Both the position numbers and the translations under genes were made by a program. From NCBI RefSeq assembly GCF_018977255.1, contig NW_024704742.1, positions 105,960,001-106,024,000 of the forward strand: a stretch of DNA of 64,000 nt, written 5' to 3'. The stretch is from Callorhinchus milii. Its lineage: Eukaryota. Shown here piece by piece: positions 62,858 through 64,000 of the stretch; position 1 is the stretch's first letter; each line of letters opens with the position of its first letter. The notes under the pieces are model-generated. The model searched no databases, had not been told where the DNA came from, and saw only the letters and a list, made by a program, of their open reading frames with translations.

Positions 62858-63215
62858 CTCAAAAGGCTATAGATACAAAATGCCAGGTTGGGCACCTGAG
62901 CTGGTGGTAGGAACTGACAGAGGAGTGATGGGGAGGGGAAAAGATGACTGAAAGTGTGGTCAAGGAGTTAGGTCGTGAGGTGCCTTGAAAGAGAGGAGGG
63001 AGTGAGCGAGTCGGAGGAACTCCAGGAATGGAACTCCAGAGAACAGGGGCAAAATGGCGACAGTGGCGTAGATGGGGTGGGGGGACATAAAGCAAAGCTG
63101 GTGTTTGCTCTGAAAAGGGAACAGCCGGATCGGGAGATTGCAGAGGTGAGGGGGGGAAGAGGGGATGGAGCGGGGTTGAAGAAGGTTTTTCACTGGGGAA
63201 AGAAGGAGCTTTCTG
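62858..63215 (-). mobile_element. old L2 3' fragment
   Basis: APVLWSSIP and LSFKA peptides; GGGCACCTGAGCTGG as in other L2 tails. Confidence 0.6.
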
Positions 63216-63337
63216 TGAGGAAACTGCACGGCACATATCTCGGTGGCTGTCCTTGGTACCCCCCACCACCCCCCAATGCAGCAACCAAGCGAGACTCTGA
63301 TTGTCAGTCCTGACAGTGAACCACAAAACGCTGCCCT

Positions 63338-63821
63338 TACTTCTCTCACTCTCTGCTCTCTAACTCTTTTTGTTTCTCTCTCTCCCTCATGTACTCTCTC
63401 TCTCTCTCTCTCTCTCTCAATCATTCTCCCTTCTCTTTCTCACCCACTCTTCCACGCACACTCTTCCTCCCTCTCTCACACACCCTCTGTCTCACACACT
63501 TTCTTCCCTCTCCCTTCCCTCTCTGTTCCCTTCTCCCCTCCCTCTCTGTTCCCCTTTCTGTTCCCCTCTCCACCCTCTCTGTTCCCCTCTCCCCTCTTTC
63601 AATCACTCTCCTCTCTCCCCCTCCGCTCTCCTCCTCTCTCAATCCTCCTCCTCTTTCTCCCCTCTCTCAATACCCCTCTCCTTCCCTCTCTCCCCCTCCA
63701 CTCCCTCTGTCTTCCCCTCTCTCAATCCCTTTCTCTTTCCCCTCCCTCTACCTCTCTCCCCTCCCTCTTTGACCCCCTCTCTGTCCCCCTCTTCCCCCCC
63801 CTCTCAATCTCTCTCTCTTCC
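63338..63821. repeat. ~480-bp polypyrimidine/polypurine low-complexity tract with (CT)n
   Basis: Almost exclusively C/T on the plus strand. Confidence 0.95.
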
Positions 63822-64000
63822 AATCAGCTGCACTTCACTATCTGCAGCGGGTTGGAGCCGGTGGTTGTGAAGGACATGGTGGATAAGGAGATGGGCTTTC
63901 ACTCTCAGCGCTGCGTCCTCCCAACTGCCGGCTCCTGCCACTGACATAGAAGGATGTTTGCCAGTGAGGGAGGGAGCAGAAGCTGGTATGTTGGAAATAG

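Noticed and set aside
63243..63944. 233-aa Ser/Pro/Leu-rich ORF and overlapping ORFs
   Set aside because: A pyrimidine tract lacks stop codons in any frame; compositional artefact

Overview
This window is eukaryotic, repeat-rich, essentially non-coding DNA (intergenic or inside a large intron). The repeat set points to a cartilaginous fish, probably a holocephalan; this is an inference from remembered repeat families, not a database result. The set comprises tRNA-Ala-headed SINEs with L2-type tails, Deu-domain SINEs, AmnSINE2-like relics, L2-clade and CR1 LINE fragments and a shark-type Penelope terminus. The only long ORF with a recognisable product is the reverse-transcriptase part of ORF2 of a young, 5'-truncated L2-clade LINE (32912-34966, minus strand). 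Most other listed ORFs are LINE/SINE fragments, low-complexity read-through or chance. I cannot identify any host gene and see only a few weak exon candidates. There is no CRISPR array, operon, rRNA or bona fide tRNA. The signals most worth following up are: a Penelope-like hairpin insertion with a 15-bp TSD, next to a second copy carrying a minimal hammerhead-ribozyme core; a ~185-bp long-range inverted repeat with G-U-biased differences; a modular (chimeric) SINE with two subfamilies; pervasive internal deletions in L2 copies; an unclassified multi-copy repeat; a minisatellite that may derive from a SINE A-box; and decayed pogo, Harbinger-like, hAT and Helitron relics that the ORF track does not show. 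I found no firm evidence for a wholly new biological system. Boundaries of old repeats are approximate (about +/-20 bp).
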